From Treponemataceae bacterium (lineage in GTDB: Bacteria > Spirochaetota > Spirochaetia > Treponematales > Rectinemataceae): a stretch of DNA of 64,000 nucleotides. The DNA lies in assembly GCA_963678065.2 (NCBI GenBank), contig CAXXVZ010000005.1, positions 288,001 through 352,000 of the forward strand, in the 5' to 3' direction. The translations under genes and the position numbers were made by a program. The notes beneath the pieces are model-generated. The model worked only from the letters and a program-made list of their open reading frames with translations. It made no database searches and had not been told where the DNA came from. This document shows positions 34,038 to 43,621 of this stretch, in pieces (the stretch's first letter is position 1; each line of letters begins with the position of its first letter).

Positions 34038-35648
34038 TTATTTCAGATTCTCCGCGATGAGCTTCGCGGCGGTTTTCTGCGTCGTCGCGACATCCATCTG
34101 CCCGGTGAGCAGAAAGCGCAAGAGCTTCCACATGACATTCTTGAAGGCGGCGTAGGATTCCGCGGGCGGAACGACAAGTCCCGTCTCGTAGCTGCGCATG
34201 AGTTGGGCGTAGTACTTGTTGTCGGTGCGGGCGGTTTCCATGGCCATGCGGCTCGCGGGCAGCTTGGAGAGCTTCGAGGTGAACGAGGCCTGAACGCCGG
34301 GCGATGTCATGTACTGGACGAGGCGGCGCGCGAGGACAGGCTTCGTCGTCCTGCGGCCGATGGCCAGTCCCTTGAAATCGAGGAGAGGCGCGAGAGCTTT
34401 GCCCGTCGCCGAAAGCACGGGATAGGGCGCGACACCGAAATCGATGCCGATCTTCGTGAACTCGGAAATGCTGTAGGAGCCCGACAGGATGAAGGCCGTC
34501 TTGCCCGAGGCAAACCAGGATATCATCGCGTCGCGCTCCGCCGGCTCGAGGAGGCCCCGCTTGTCGAGGTCGAGAAGGTAGGCGAGCGCCCTGGCCGTCG
34601 GCTCGTCGTCGACGGTGATCGATCCGTCAGGGTTCAGGATGGAGGGTTTGCCGAATCCCGCCATGAAGGGCAGGAGCCAGTAGGCCGAATACAGGTTCCA
34701 GGCCATGGGCGCCTTGAGGCCGGATCCGTCCGCCGCGCTGCTTGCGGCGATCTTCGTCGCCATGCGCTCCAGATCATCCGTCGTCCAGTCGTCGCGGACA
34801 GTCCCGCCTGTCAGTTTTTTGTTGTAGAACACGAGCTGGGCATCGAAATAGAAGGGTACGGCCCAGAATCTGCCCTCGTGGCGGAAAGCCTCGAAACCCT
34901 TGGGCACGAGGTCGTCGGTCCTGAGGTACTCCACCGACTGGATGACGCGCGCGGCGGCGAGGGCCGGGGCGTAGTCGGACTGGATCATGACGACGTCGGG
35001 GAGCGTGCCGCCGGCCCGCGCGACGGCGAGCAGCTTGGTCTGCGTGTTGGGAACATCCGTCACCCGCACGCTCAGCCCGTGCGAGGACGCAAAGCGGGCC
35101 ACTTCTTCCTTCAGCTCGGGCACGCCCTCCCAGGAAACCCATGCCTCGAGACTCTTCTCCGACAGGAGTTCGCCCGAGAGATCGACCCGCTCGACGGCCC
35201 GGAATCTCTCTGTCCCGACGACGAGGTCCCAGCCTCCCTTCGCCTCTGCGAGGTGGACCTCGAAAAGCCGCTCACCAAGGTCGTCGGATTCCCAGGCTTT
35301 TTTCCCCGTCGCGGAAGAGGCCTCGAGTCTCCAGACTTCGGCCATGAGGGGGCATATCTCGCCGAGCGCGACAGTTTTCTCGGGCGCAGGGGAAAGAAGG
35401 GAGGAGGCTGCGGCCGCACGCTGCTCGGGTTGCGCTGTGCGTTGCTCGGGTTGCGCCGCGTCCTGTCCCCGCGGCACGGCGAGGACGAGAGGACGGGCCA
35501 GGGATTTCAACTCCGCCGCGGTGACCGAGCGGATGATCTTTCCGCCCAGCCCGATGTCGAGGGCGCGAACGCCCGTCGGCAGAAAAAACAGGAAAAAGAT
35601 GATGCAGGCCTGAGCGCAGGCCGAGAGGAAGAGACTTCGCTCCCGCAC
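34038..35648 (-). CDS. MalE/CUT1-type substrate-binding protein with an extra N-terminal domain
   Basis: AAGGAGG RBS and GTG, signal peptide, then PDVVMI, WAVPFYFD..FYNK, FASGKTAFILSGSY, FGVAPYP. Confidence 0.85.
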   Translation of the reverse strand: MRERSLFLSACAQACIIFFLFFLPTGVRALDIGLGGKIIRSVTAAELKSLARPLVLAVPRGQDAAQPEQRTAQPEQRAAAASSLLSPAPEKTVALGEICPLMAEVWRLEASSATGKKAWESDDLGERLFEVHLAEAKGGWDLVVGTERFRAVERVDLSGELLSEKSLEAWVSWEGVPELKEEVARFASSHGLSVRVTDVPNTQTKLLAVARAGGTLPDVVMIQSDYAPALAAARVIQSVEYLRTDDLVPKGFEAFRHEGRFWAVPFYFDAQLVFYNKKLTGGTVRDDWTTDDLERMATKIAASSAADGSGLKAPMAWNLYSAYWLLPFMAGFGKPSILNPDGSITVDDEPTARALAYLLDLDKRGLLEPAERDAMISWFASGKTAFILSGSYSISEFTKIGIDFGVAPYPVLSATGKALAPLLDFKGLAIGRRTTKPVLARRLVQYMTSPGVQASFTSKLSKLPASRMAMETARTDNKYYAQLMRSYETGLVVPPAESYAAFKNVMWKLLRFLLTGQMDVATTQKTAAKLIAENLK

Positions 35649-35842
35649 GGGATCCTCCTTCTCAAGGGTGGAAGGCGCGGAGGTTTCCCCCGGCACCCGA
35701 TGGCTTCTCGTCCGTGGGCCGCCCTTTCAGGCGGCTGTTAGGTCCGGAAGCTCGAAGGATCGTATCGCTATTTTTATATCCGCAATCGCCTCGGGACCGC
35801 AAGTCCGCTCCCGCCTCACAGGCTGTCTGCGCTCTCCGGAAC

Positions 35843-37759
35843 TCAGTCCGCGGAATTCCCGATTTCTTCCTCGTCGCGCGGGGCGAAGTCTTCCAGCCAG
35901 CTTTTGGTCGCGGCTTCCGTCATGGGGCGGGCGTAGAGATAGCCCTGAATGTAGCGGGCCCCGTTCTCCAGGGCCCGTGACAGGATGCGCTTATCGCTCA
36001 CATGCTCCGCGACGATTTCGAGCCCCGACACTGAGCAGAAGGCCGCCATACCCCTGAGCAGGACAACGGCATCCTCGCGCTCCGCGGTCTCTTTCATGAT
36101 GGAGCCCGCGATCTTCACGGCGTCGAAGCCTGCCCCCAGAAGACTGGCATAGTTGGAGTACCCCGACCCGAAATCGTCGAGGTACACGAGACCTCCCGCC
36201 TCGTGCACAGAACGGATGAAGGTATCGACGCGCGAATGATCGCGGAATGTGTCATGCTCTGTGAGTTCCACGATGAGGCGCCCGGGCTTTCCCGCAGGTT
36301 TTTCCGGACGACCCGGGAGTTCTGTTCCTTCCGCTGTTCCGGAGAGCTCTCTGCAGCAGCGGCAGATCCGCTCGACGTATACGGGACGCTCGAGATCCTC
36401 GTACGTTATGTTGAAGCTCACCGGAAGCCCCGACTCCGAAGCCATAGCCCGGGCGCGGTCCAGGATGAACTCGGATATCCGCGGGCCGAGACCGAACTGC
36501 CGCGCCGCCGCAAGATATGGCTCCACCGATTCGAGGCCACTGGCCGTCCGCACGCGGGTCAGGGCCTCGATGAATCCCACACGGCTGGTGCGGGCATCCC
36601 AGACAGGCTGGAAAACCGCCTCGAAACCTCCCGAAGCCAAGGCTCTGAAAAGAACGGCCGCCCTGAGGGCGAGTTCCCCTCCCCCGTTGCCTTCGACCGG
36701 AGAATCGGAGAAAAACCACTTCCTTCCCGCGAAAAGACAATCCTCGAGGATGGAATAGGCCCCATCGAGGGCGAGGACCGCGTCCCCGCCCCGGCTGCGG
36801 AAGGCAGCGACGCAGGGGCAGAAGCGTGCCGGAGAGGATTCGAGGACACACTCGGTCTCGAAATGCTCCACGAGATTCCCGAGCAGCTCTCCGGCATCGG
36901 AGGAAGCGGGAAGCACAAAGACGAAATCCATATCCGAAATCCTGTACGGACCGCGCATCCCCCCGACACGGATACACTCTTTCAAAAGCCCGGAAACCCT
37001 GCGCGCCGCCTTTCCCGGCTCCATCGACAGCGCGATCTCCAGATCCCGGAGTGTCGCAAAGTGCATCAGGCAGAGTACATCCCCCGCGCCGATTTCGCCC
37101 CGCAGGAAGGCCGCCTGGTTCGGCAGCCCCGTCGTCTGGTCGATGTAGTGCCGGTCCAGGATGAAGCGGATCGACCTACCCTGCCGCCTTTCGTTCGCCT
37201 CCGCGATCTCGACCTGGAAAAGGATGGCTACCATCGCCATGCAGTAGGTCACGAGCGGAAATTCCATGTTCGCCCGGCCTATCCAGCCCGAATGACGTGC
37301 GAACCACAGAGACGTCACAAAAAGCGCGAGGCTCCCGCTCGCCCCGCGTCCCCAGCGCGAACCTCCGAGCAGGTAGGTGAAGGGCACGAAGCAGAAGAAA
37401 ATGACAATGTGGACGTTGCGCGAGCTTGGAAGGAAAAGCCCCGCAAAAATGCCTGCGAGGACAAAGGCGAGCACGAGGGATTGGGCCAGGACTGTCAGCC
37501 CTATCTTCCTGACAGTGAAGAAGATGGCAAAAATGGCGAGGAGGGCCGCCGCATAGCTCGCTGTGGCAGAAAAATCACCTTTTATACAGTCCGTGATGAA
37601 AAACGAGATCGGGAAAAGACTCGATACCGAGAGAGAGACGAGGGCCACTCTGAGAGAATCGCTTTTGTTGGACTCACGGATGCGTCCGAAAGCCGCCTCC
37701 GTGAGGAAATCGTGCTCGGGAATAGCCGCTTCCAGGTTTTCGGAAGAGTCTTTTTGCAT
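35843..37759 (-). CDS. Membrane-anchored EAL-domain c-di-GMP phosphodiesterase with degenerate GGDEF-like domain
   Basis: About 5 TM segments, DQTTGLPN, FQP..EALTR, ELTE, LDDFGSGYS, AEHV, QGYL. Confidence 0.88.
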   Translation of the reverse strand: MQKDSSENLEAAIPEHDFLTEAAFGRIRESNKSDSLRVALVSLSVSSLFPISFFITDCIKGDFSATASYAAALLAIFAIFFTVRKIGLTVLAQSLVLAFVLAGIFAGLFLPSSRNVHIVIFFCFVPFTYLLGGSRWGRGASGSLALFVTSLWFARHSGWIGRANMEFPLVTYCMAMVAILFQVEIAEANERRQGRSIRFILDRHYIDQTTGLPNQAAFLRGEIGAGDVLCLMHFATLRDLEIALSMEPGKAARRVSGLLKECIRVGGMRGPYRISDMDFVFVLPASSDAGELLGNLVEHFETECVLESSPARFCPCVAAFRSRGGDAVLALDGAYSILEDCLFAGRKWFFSDSPVEGNGGGELALRAAVLFRALASGGFEAVFQPVWDARTSRVGFIEALTRVRTASGLESVEPYLAAARQFGLGPRISEFILDRARAMASESGLPVSFNITYEDLERPVYVERICRCCRELSGTAEGTELPGRPEKPAGKPGRLIVELTEHDTFRDHSRVDTFIRSVHEAGGLVYLDDFGSGYSNYASLLGAGFDAVKIAGSIMKETAEREDAVVLLRGMAAFCSVSGLEIVAEHVSDKRILSRALENGARYIQGYLYARPMTEAATKSWLEDFAPRDEEEIGNSAD

Positions 37760-37872
37760 AGTTTGCCGATTTTAGCATCAAAGCGAAGGCGATGAGCAAA
37801 AAAAAATGAAATTTATCTTTCATCAAAAATGGATATTCTGGAGTATCTATAGAGAGGAAAAGTCCTTTCGAC

Positions 37873-40086
37873 TCAATAATCGGCAATCATCGCGATGAAT
37901 GCCTCCCCGACGCGGGGATCGAAATGTTTTCCGATCTGCGACTTGATGTGCTCGAGAGTCTTTTCGCGCGTCCAGGCCGCGCGGTATGGCCTGTCGCTGG
38001 TGAGCGCGTCCCACACATCGACGATGGCGAAAATCCTGGCCGCCATCGGTATGGCCTCACCGGCGAGCCCCTTGGGGTATCCCGACCCGTCCCACTTCTC
38101 GTGGTGGCCGTAGGGAATCTCGAGGGCGGGCCTGAGGTAGGCGACCGGAGAGAGCATCCCGACCGCAAAATCGGGATGGCGTTTCATGATGGCCCACTCC
38201 TCCTCGGTGAGGGGACCGGGCTTGAGAAGAACCGAATCGGGCACACCGACCTTTCCGATATCGTGGAGCAGTGCCCCGCGCTTCAGGTGCACGAGGGCTT
38301 CGCCCTCGATTCCCAGCTTCCGCGCGAGCGCCAGAGCGAGTTCGGTGACACGCCGCGAGTGGCCCTCGGTGTCCTTGTCCCGGAGGTCCATCGCGCGCGA
38401 CCAGCCCTCGATCGTGGCGTCGTAGGCCACGGCGAGCTCTTCCCGCGCCTTCTGTTCGTTGTGGTACATTGTCTTGTTGTCGATGGCGATGGCGGCCTGC
38501 CGGGCTATCGTCTCGAAGAATCCGAGCCATTCCGGCCCCGAGGACAAGGCAGTCCGCGGATAGATACCCATGGCCCCGAGCAGCTTGGACTGCACGATGA
38601 GGGGAGTACTGTGACACGCCGTGAACCCTTCGTCGCGGAGCAGCCTGGCAAAACCGGAATCGGGATCCAGATCGGAAAAATCGGAGACGCTCACGGTTTT
38701 CCGCTCCGATGCGGCGATGCCGATATATGGCTGACCCAGCGCGACGCGTTCGCCCGGCGGGCTCTTTGTGCGGAAACCCTTCGAGACGGCCAGACGCAGA
38801 TAGTCGCCGTCTTCGTCGAGAAGAAAGATGGATGCGGCGTCGGCCCGCAGAAGAGCCATCGCCTGGTCCAGAATGAGACCGAGGGTCGCGCCGAGGTCCA
38901 CAGCACCGCTTATCGACTCGTCGATGAGGGAAAGAGCTGTCAGCTTGCGCAGGCGATCCTCGGTCTCCTCCCGAAGTTCCGCGAGATGGAGGGCATTGGC
39001 GACGATGCGGGCGACGAGGAGGAGTATGTCGAGCTCGTCTGGCTCGGGCTCCGCCTTCCTGTTCACGACTATGTCCCCGAGATACCGGTTGTGGGCGTCG
39101 AGGGGGAGCCTGATCTGGATCGGCCCGGAACTGCCATCAGGAGAATGGTCCGAAGCGGGGAGGTCGACGATCCCGCCGGCCTTGGCCCGCGTGTCGTCGA
39201 ACCGCGCCGATTCGGTTCCATCCAGCTCTTCCAGCAGGGCGAGCGTGCCGGACAGTATTCCGTCCCGGCTCCGGTTATCGCGGAGGACGGCGCTGATTTT
39301 TACTTCCATTTCGAGCTCCCGCTCGGAAATGCTGCTCTCCGTGATGTCGCGGATGTAGCCTCCGATCATGGTCTCGTCGCCCATGACGATGGGGAATTTT
39401 CTGGATTCGAAGATGCGTCCGCGAAGCCTCTCGATATCCGTGACGATGCCTGAGCCGGCGAGGACGGCCTTGTCGCCCTGCGCACACTGCGCGGCCAAGG
39501 CAGCCGGCAGGAGATCGGTCACCATCCTGCCGAGTATTTCCGGCTCGGGCCTGCGGTAGTAGTTCTCCGCGGCCTTGTTTATCATGACGAAGCGGCCGGA
39601 ATGATCCTTTATGAAGACGACATCCAGATTCGCGTCCGCGAAGGCCCGGTACTTGGCCTCGCTCGCCCTGAGAGCCGCTTCGGCCTCCCGCGCTTCCTGC
39701 TTGCGCCGTCGCGCCTCGAGAGCATGCCGCACGGCCCGTCCGACGCGGGAAAGGTTGTCCTTGGAGACGTAATCGTAGGCACCGCGGCGGAGGACATCGA
39801 TGGCGGCTTCCTCGCCGATCTTGCCGGATACGATGATGAAAGGAAGATCGAGGGACTTTTCGTTCAGCAGCCCGAGAGCCTCGAGCCCTCCGAATCCGGG
39901 AAGAGACCAGTCCGAGAGGATGATGTCGGGCAGAGGGAGGTTTTTCAGGGCTTCAAGGTAATCGCTGCGGTTGTCGACCCTCCGGTGGACAGGGCTGAAT
40001 CCTTCTTCTTCCAGGCGCATGAGGAGGAGCTCCGCGTCGTCCGGACTATCTTCGACGATCAGAAGTCTGAGCGGAGTTCCCTGCAT
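37873..40086 (-). CDS. Response regulator with REC-PAS-GAF-HD-GYP architecture
   Basis: LLIVEDS, SDWSLP, PAS, GAF, LLHDIGK, HHEKWDGSGYP. Start could instead be TTG at 40113. Confidence 0.92.
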   Translation of the reverse strand: MQGTPLRLLIVEDSPDDAELLLMRLEEEGFSPVHRRVDNRSDYLEALKNLPLPDIILSDWSLPGFGGLEALGLLNEKSLDLPFIIVSGKIGEEAAIDVLRRGAYDYVSKDNLSRVGRAVRHALEARRRKQEAREAEAALRASEAKYRAFADANLDVVFIKDHSGRFVMINKAAENYYRRPEPEILGRMVTDLLPAALAAQCAQGDKAVLAGSGIVTDIERLRGRIFESRKFPIVMGDETMIGGYIRDITESSISERELEMEVKISAVLRDNRSRDGILSGTLALLEELDGTESARFDDTRAKAGGIVDLPASDHSPDGSSGPIQIRLPLDAHNRYLGDIVVNRKAEPEPDELDILLLVARIVANALHLAELREETEDRLRKLTALSLIDESISGAVDLGATLGLILDQAMALLRADAASIFLLDEDGDYLRLAVSKGFRTKSPPGERVALGQPYIGIAASERKTVSVSDFSDLDPDSGFARLLRDEGFTACHSTPLIVQSKLLGAMGIYPRTALSSGPEWLGFFETIARQAAIAIDNKTMYHNEQKAREELAVAYDATIEGWSRAMDLRDKDTEGHSRRVTELALALARKLGIEGEALVHLKRGALLHDIGKVGVPDSVLLKPGPLTEEEWAIMKRHPDFAVGMLSPVAYLRPALEIPYGHHEKWDGSGYPKGLAGEAIPMAARIFAIVDVWDALTSDRPYRAAWTREKTLEHIKSQIGKHFDPRVGEAFIAMIADY

Positions 40087-40260
40087 CCCGGCCCGATTCC
40101 CGACATCGGCCAACAGTTCCCCCTTGGCTATGAGTAATTTGAGTATCGCGCAGACAGGACATGAATGCAATGTTATTTGCAATTGCCGGACGCAAAAACA
40201 CCCTTGCATTCCCTCCGGTTTGGTTTACACTTTATCCATATTGCAGGGAAGGAGAAACGG

Positions 40261-41091
40261 ATGGCCCCCAGGATCAGGCCCCCCGCGGTCGCGGGTATGT
40301 TCTACCCCGCTTCAGCGGAAGGATTACGCAGAAGCATCGGACAGCTCCTCTCCGAGGCTGCCCGTGGTCTGGCGGATTTCGCCGGATTCCACGGAGCGCT
40401 CCGGGCATTGATCGTGCCCCACGCCGGTTATCCCTACTCCGGATCGACGGCCGCCGCCGCCTACAAATCCCTCGCGACTCTCGGCAGGGACATAAGGAGC
40501 GCGGCGATATTCGGACCTGCGCACCGCGTCGCCACACCCGGCCTGGCCCTCTCCTCCTGGGAGGCCTTCGCCACACCCCTCGGAGAGCTCCCCGTGGATC
40601 GCGCAATGACGGAATTGCTTCTGTCCCTTCCCTTCGTCCACACGAATGACGCGGCCCACGCGCGGGAGCACTCGATCGAAGTGCAGCTCCCCTTCCTGCA
40701 GACGGTCCTCCCCGGCATCACGATCCTCCCCATCGTCGTCGGCGGCGCCAGGCCGGCTGAAATCGCCGAGGCGATCGAAATGCTCTGGAACCAGGAGGGA
40801 ACCCTCGTCATCGTGTCGTCGGATCTGAGCCACTACCTTCCCCAGGAAGAGGCAGTCCTCATCGACTCCGCGACGGCCCTCCAGATAGAGGATCTCGACG
40901 CGCGTCTCGATCAGGAACAGGCCTGCGGGGCGGCGGCCATCAACGGACTCTTGATCGCGGCGCGGAACCGCCGCATGCATGCGCGGAAGATCGACATCCG
41001 CACATCCGCCGACACGGCGGGCGATGCCTCCAGCGTCGTCGGCTACGCCTCGTTCGGCTTCTGCGAAGGGAGCCACCCCGATGAGCGATGA
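40261..41091 (+). CDS. amrB: AmmeMemoRadiSam system protein B (MEMO1 family)
   Basis: RPPAVAGMFYP, PHAGYPYSG, EHSIEVQLPF, SSDLSHY, ACG, VVGY. Confidence 0.93.
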   Translation: MAPRIRPPAVAGMFYPASAEGLRRSIGQLLSEAARGLADFAGFHGALRALIVPHAGYPYSGSTAAAAYKSLATLGRDIRSAAIFGPAHRVATPGLALSSWEAFATPLGELPVDRAMTELLLSLPFVHTNDAAHAREHSIEVQLPFLQTVLPGITILPIVVGGARPAEIAEAIEMLWNQEGTLVIVSSDLSHYLPQEEAVLIDSATALQIEDLDARLDQEQACGAAAINGLLIAARNRRMHARKIDIRTSADTAGDASSVVGYASFGFCEGSHPDER

Positions 41092-41644
41092 TTTCGGCCG
41101 CCTTCTGACAGGCCTCGCGCGGAATGCCATCGCGGTGGAGCTGGGCATCGCTCCGCCTTGCGTCATAGACCGCGACGATCCCAGGCTCGACGGGCCCGGC
41201 GCCAGTTTCGTCACGCTGACAATCGGGGGGGAGCTCAGGGGCTGCATCGGGAGTCTCGAGGCGCGGCGGCCGGTCGGAGTCGATGTCGAGGAGAACGCCC
41301 TGGCCGCGGCCTTCGACGATCCGCGCTTCGATCCCCTCGGCGCGGCGGAATTCGATCTCGTCCGCGTCGAGATCTCCCTCCTGGAACCTGCCCGCCGCAT
41401 GGATTTTGACGGCGAGGCGGATGCTCTTCGCCGACTCGTGCCGGGGAGGGACGGCCTCATCCTCTCCTTCGGACAGAGGCGGGCAACCTTCCTCCCCCAG
41501 GTCTGGGAGACCTTGCCCGATCCGGGGGACTTCATGCGGCATCTCAAACTGAAAGCGGGTCTTCCGGCCGATTTCTGGGACGATAGGATCGCGCTGTCGC
41601 GCTACACGGTGCGGAAATGGAAGGAAGAGGCATGGCCAGAGTAG
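41081..41644 (+). CDS. amrA: AmmeMemoRadiSam system protein A (AMMECR1 family)
   Basis: FVTL..LRGCIG, DPRF, ATFLPQVW, LKLKAG. Confidence 0.93.
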   Translation: MSDDFGRLLTGLARNAIAVELGIAPPCVIDRDDPRLDGPGASFVTLTIGGELRGCIGSLEARRPVGVDVEENALAAAFDDPRFDPLGAAEFDLVRVEISLLEPARRMDFDGEADALRRLVPGRDGLILSFGQRRATFLPQVWETLPDPGDFMRHLKLKAGLPADFWDDRIALSRYTVRKWKEEAWPE

Positions 41645-42666
41645 AGGAAGAGTATCCGGCCCTCTGGTGGGAACCCGCGGGCGGAGGACGCGTTCAGTGC
41701 CTCCTGTGCCCCCACCAGTGCATCATCCAGGACGGGGAGCGCGGCTTCTGCACCGGCCGCATGAATTACGGCAGTCACATGAAACTCGACCGCTGGCAAT
41801 ACATCTCCGGCCTGTGCATGGACCCGATCGAGAAAAAACCCCTCTATCACTTTTATCCGGGTTCCCAGGCCCTGTCCTTCGGGACCGCGGGCTGCAACCT
41901 CGACTGCGCCTTCTGCCAGAACCACGGACTCTCGCGGGCCATGACCACGGACAGGCTCACAGACACGGCGACGCCGGAAGAAATAGCCGAAACCGCACAA
42001 TCCTACAACGTCCGCTCCGTGGCCTTCACCTACAACGAGCCCGTCATATTCGCGGAGTACGCCATCGCCGTCGCGAACGCCTGCCGCAAGGCGGGGATAC
42101 AATCAGTCGCCGTGACGGCCGGATTCATCAATCCGCAGCCGGCCAGAACCTTCTTCTCCGTGATGGACGCCGCCAACGTGGACCTCAAGGGCTTCACCGA
42201 GTCCTTTTACCGCGACAACTGCGGAGGCCACCTCATGCCGGTCCTCGAAACCCTCCTCATAATCCACCGCGAGACGACATGCCACCTCGAGATCACCAAC
42301 CTCCTCATCCCCGGGCTCAACGATTCGGCGGCCGAGATAAAGGCCATGTGCGACTGGATCGCGAGAGAGCTGGGGCAGGATGTCCCGCTGCATTTTTCGG
42401 CCTTCCACCCCGCCTGGCGCCTGAACAAGGTTCCGCAAACTCCGCCCGCGACTCTCACGAACGCGCGCCGCATAGCCAAGGACGCGGGGCTCAGGTACGT
42501 CTACACCGGCAACATCCGCGACCGCGAGGGGAGCACGACCTGGTGCCCTGGCTGCGGCCGGGATCTCGTCGGGCGCGACTGGTTCACGGTCAGGCACAAC
42601 GACCTGGAAGCCACGCAAGGCCGCTGCCCGCAGTGCGGGACGACGATTCCCGGACATTTCGCCTAG
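41632..42666 (+). CDS. amrS: AmmeMemoRadiSam system radical SAM enzyme
   Basis: CLLCPHQC, DPIEKKPLYHF, GCNLDCAFCQN, YNEP, C-terminal CPGC/CPQC. Confidence 0.93.
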   Translation: MARVEEEYPALWWEPAGGGRVQCLLCPHQCIIQDGERGFCTGRMNYGSHMKLDRWQYISGLCMDPIEKKPLYHFYPGSQALSFGTAGCNLDCAFCQNHGLSRAMTTDRLTDTATPEEIAETAQSYNVRSVAFTYNEPVIFAEYAIAVANACRKAGIQSVAVTAGFINPQPARTFFSVMDAANVDLKGFTESFYRDNCGGHLMPVLETLLIIHRETTCHLEITNLLIPGLNDSAAEIKAMCDWIARELGQDVPLHFSAFHPAWRLNKVPQTPPATLTNARRIAKDAGLRYVYTGNIRDREGSTTWCPGCGRDLVGRDWFTVRHNDLEATQGRCPQCGTTIPGHFA

Positions 42667-42855
42667 CCGCCGCTCACCCAAGCGATGTCCTCCGTCTGGT
42701 CCCGGCAAAATGCCCGGATCGAGGGCGCGGCTACGCTGCGGGCCGATCCGCTATAACACATATTTATTCAGCAATATTGACACCATATGCAATCTGCCGT
42801 ATCCTTCCGCAATCGCTTTCAAATCGACTGTAACCCGACTACAAGGAGATCGCAG

Positions 42856-43620
42856 ATGAAGAAATCCTGGTCTTCCGTCATGTCATTCCTCCTTCTCGCG
42901 GCCGTCATCATCAGCTCGGCGGGCCTCTCGTCCTGCGCCAAGAAAGCGCCGAAAAAAATCGTCGTCGCCTCCGACTGCACCTGGCCCCCGATGGAGTATC
43001 TCGACGAAAACAAGAATATCATCGGCTTCGGCCCCGACCTCGTGAAGGAGATCGCCAAGGTCGCCGGCTTCGAGGTCGAGATCAAGAACACCGCCTGGGA
43101 TGGCATCTTCGCCGGGCTCGCCGCGGGCAACTACCAGGCCATATCCTCCTCCGTGACGATCACCGAGGAGCGCAAGGCGACGATGGACTTCTCGGAGCCC
43201 TACGTCAACGCGGGCCAGGTTCTCGTCGTCCGCAAGGACACGGCGGGCGTGTCGTCGCTCGCTGACCTCAAGGGCAAGAAAGCCGGAGCCCAGATCGGCA
43301 CGACCGGCGCCATCGAGATCGGCAAGGTCAAGGGCGTCGAACTCAAGACCTACGACGAAGTCGGGCTTGCCTTCGAGGACCTCGCCAACGGCAACATCTC
43401 GGGCGTCGTCGCCGACTCCCCGATATCGGCCAACTTCGCCCTCCAGAATCCCAAGTTCAAAGACAAGCTCATGATCGTGGGTAAACCCTTCACCGACGAG
43501 TGGCTCGGCTTCGCCTTCAAGAAGGGCGACACCGCGACCCAGAAGCTCTTCAACGACGGACTCGCCAAGGTCAAGGCTTCCGGCAAGCTCGACGAACTCG
43601 CCAAGAAGTGGCTCCAGTAG
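42856..43620 (+). CDS. Polar/basic amino-acid ABC substrate-binding lipoprotein
   Basis: Lipobox LSSC, WPPME, WDGIF, TITEER, GAQIGTTG. Confidence 0.92.
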   Translation: MKKSWSSVMSFLLLAAVIISSAGLSSCAKKAPKKIVVASDCTWPPMEYLDENKNIIGFGPDLVKEIAKVAGFEVEIKNTAWDGIFAGLAAGNYQAISSSVTITEERKATMDFSEPYVNAGQVLVVRKDTAGVSSLADLKGKKAGAQIGTTGAIEIGKVKGVELKTYDEVGLAFEDLANGNISGVVADSPISANFALQNPKFKDKLMIVGKPFTDEWLGFAFKKGDTATQKLFNDGLAKVKASGKLDELAKKWLQ

Positions 43621-43621
43621 C

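Noticed and set aside
33975..37795. 588-aa and 530-aa plus-strand ORFs
   Set aside because: Shadows of the binding-protein and EAL genes.
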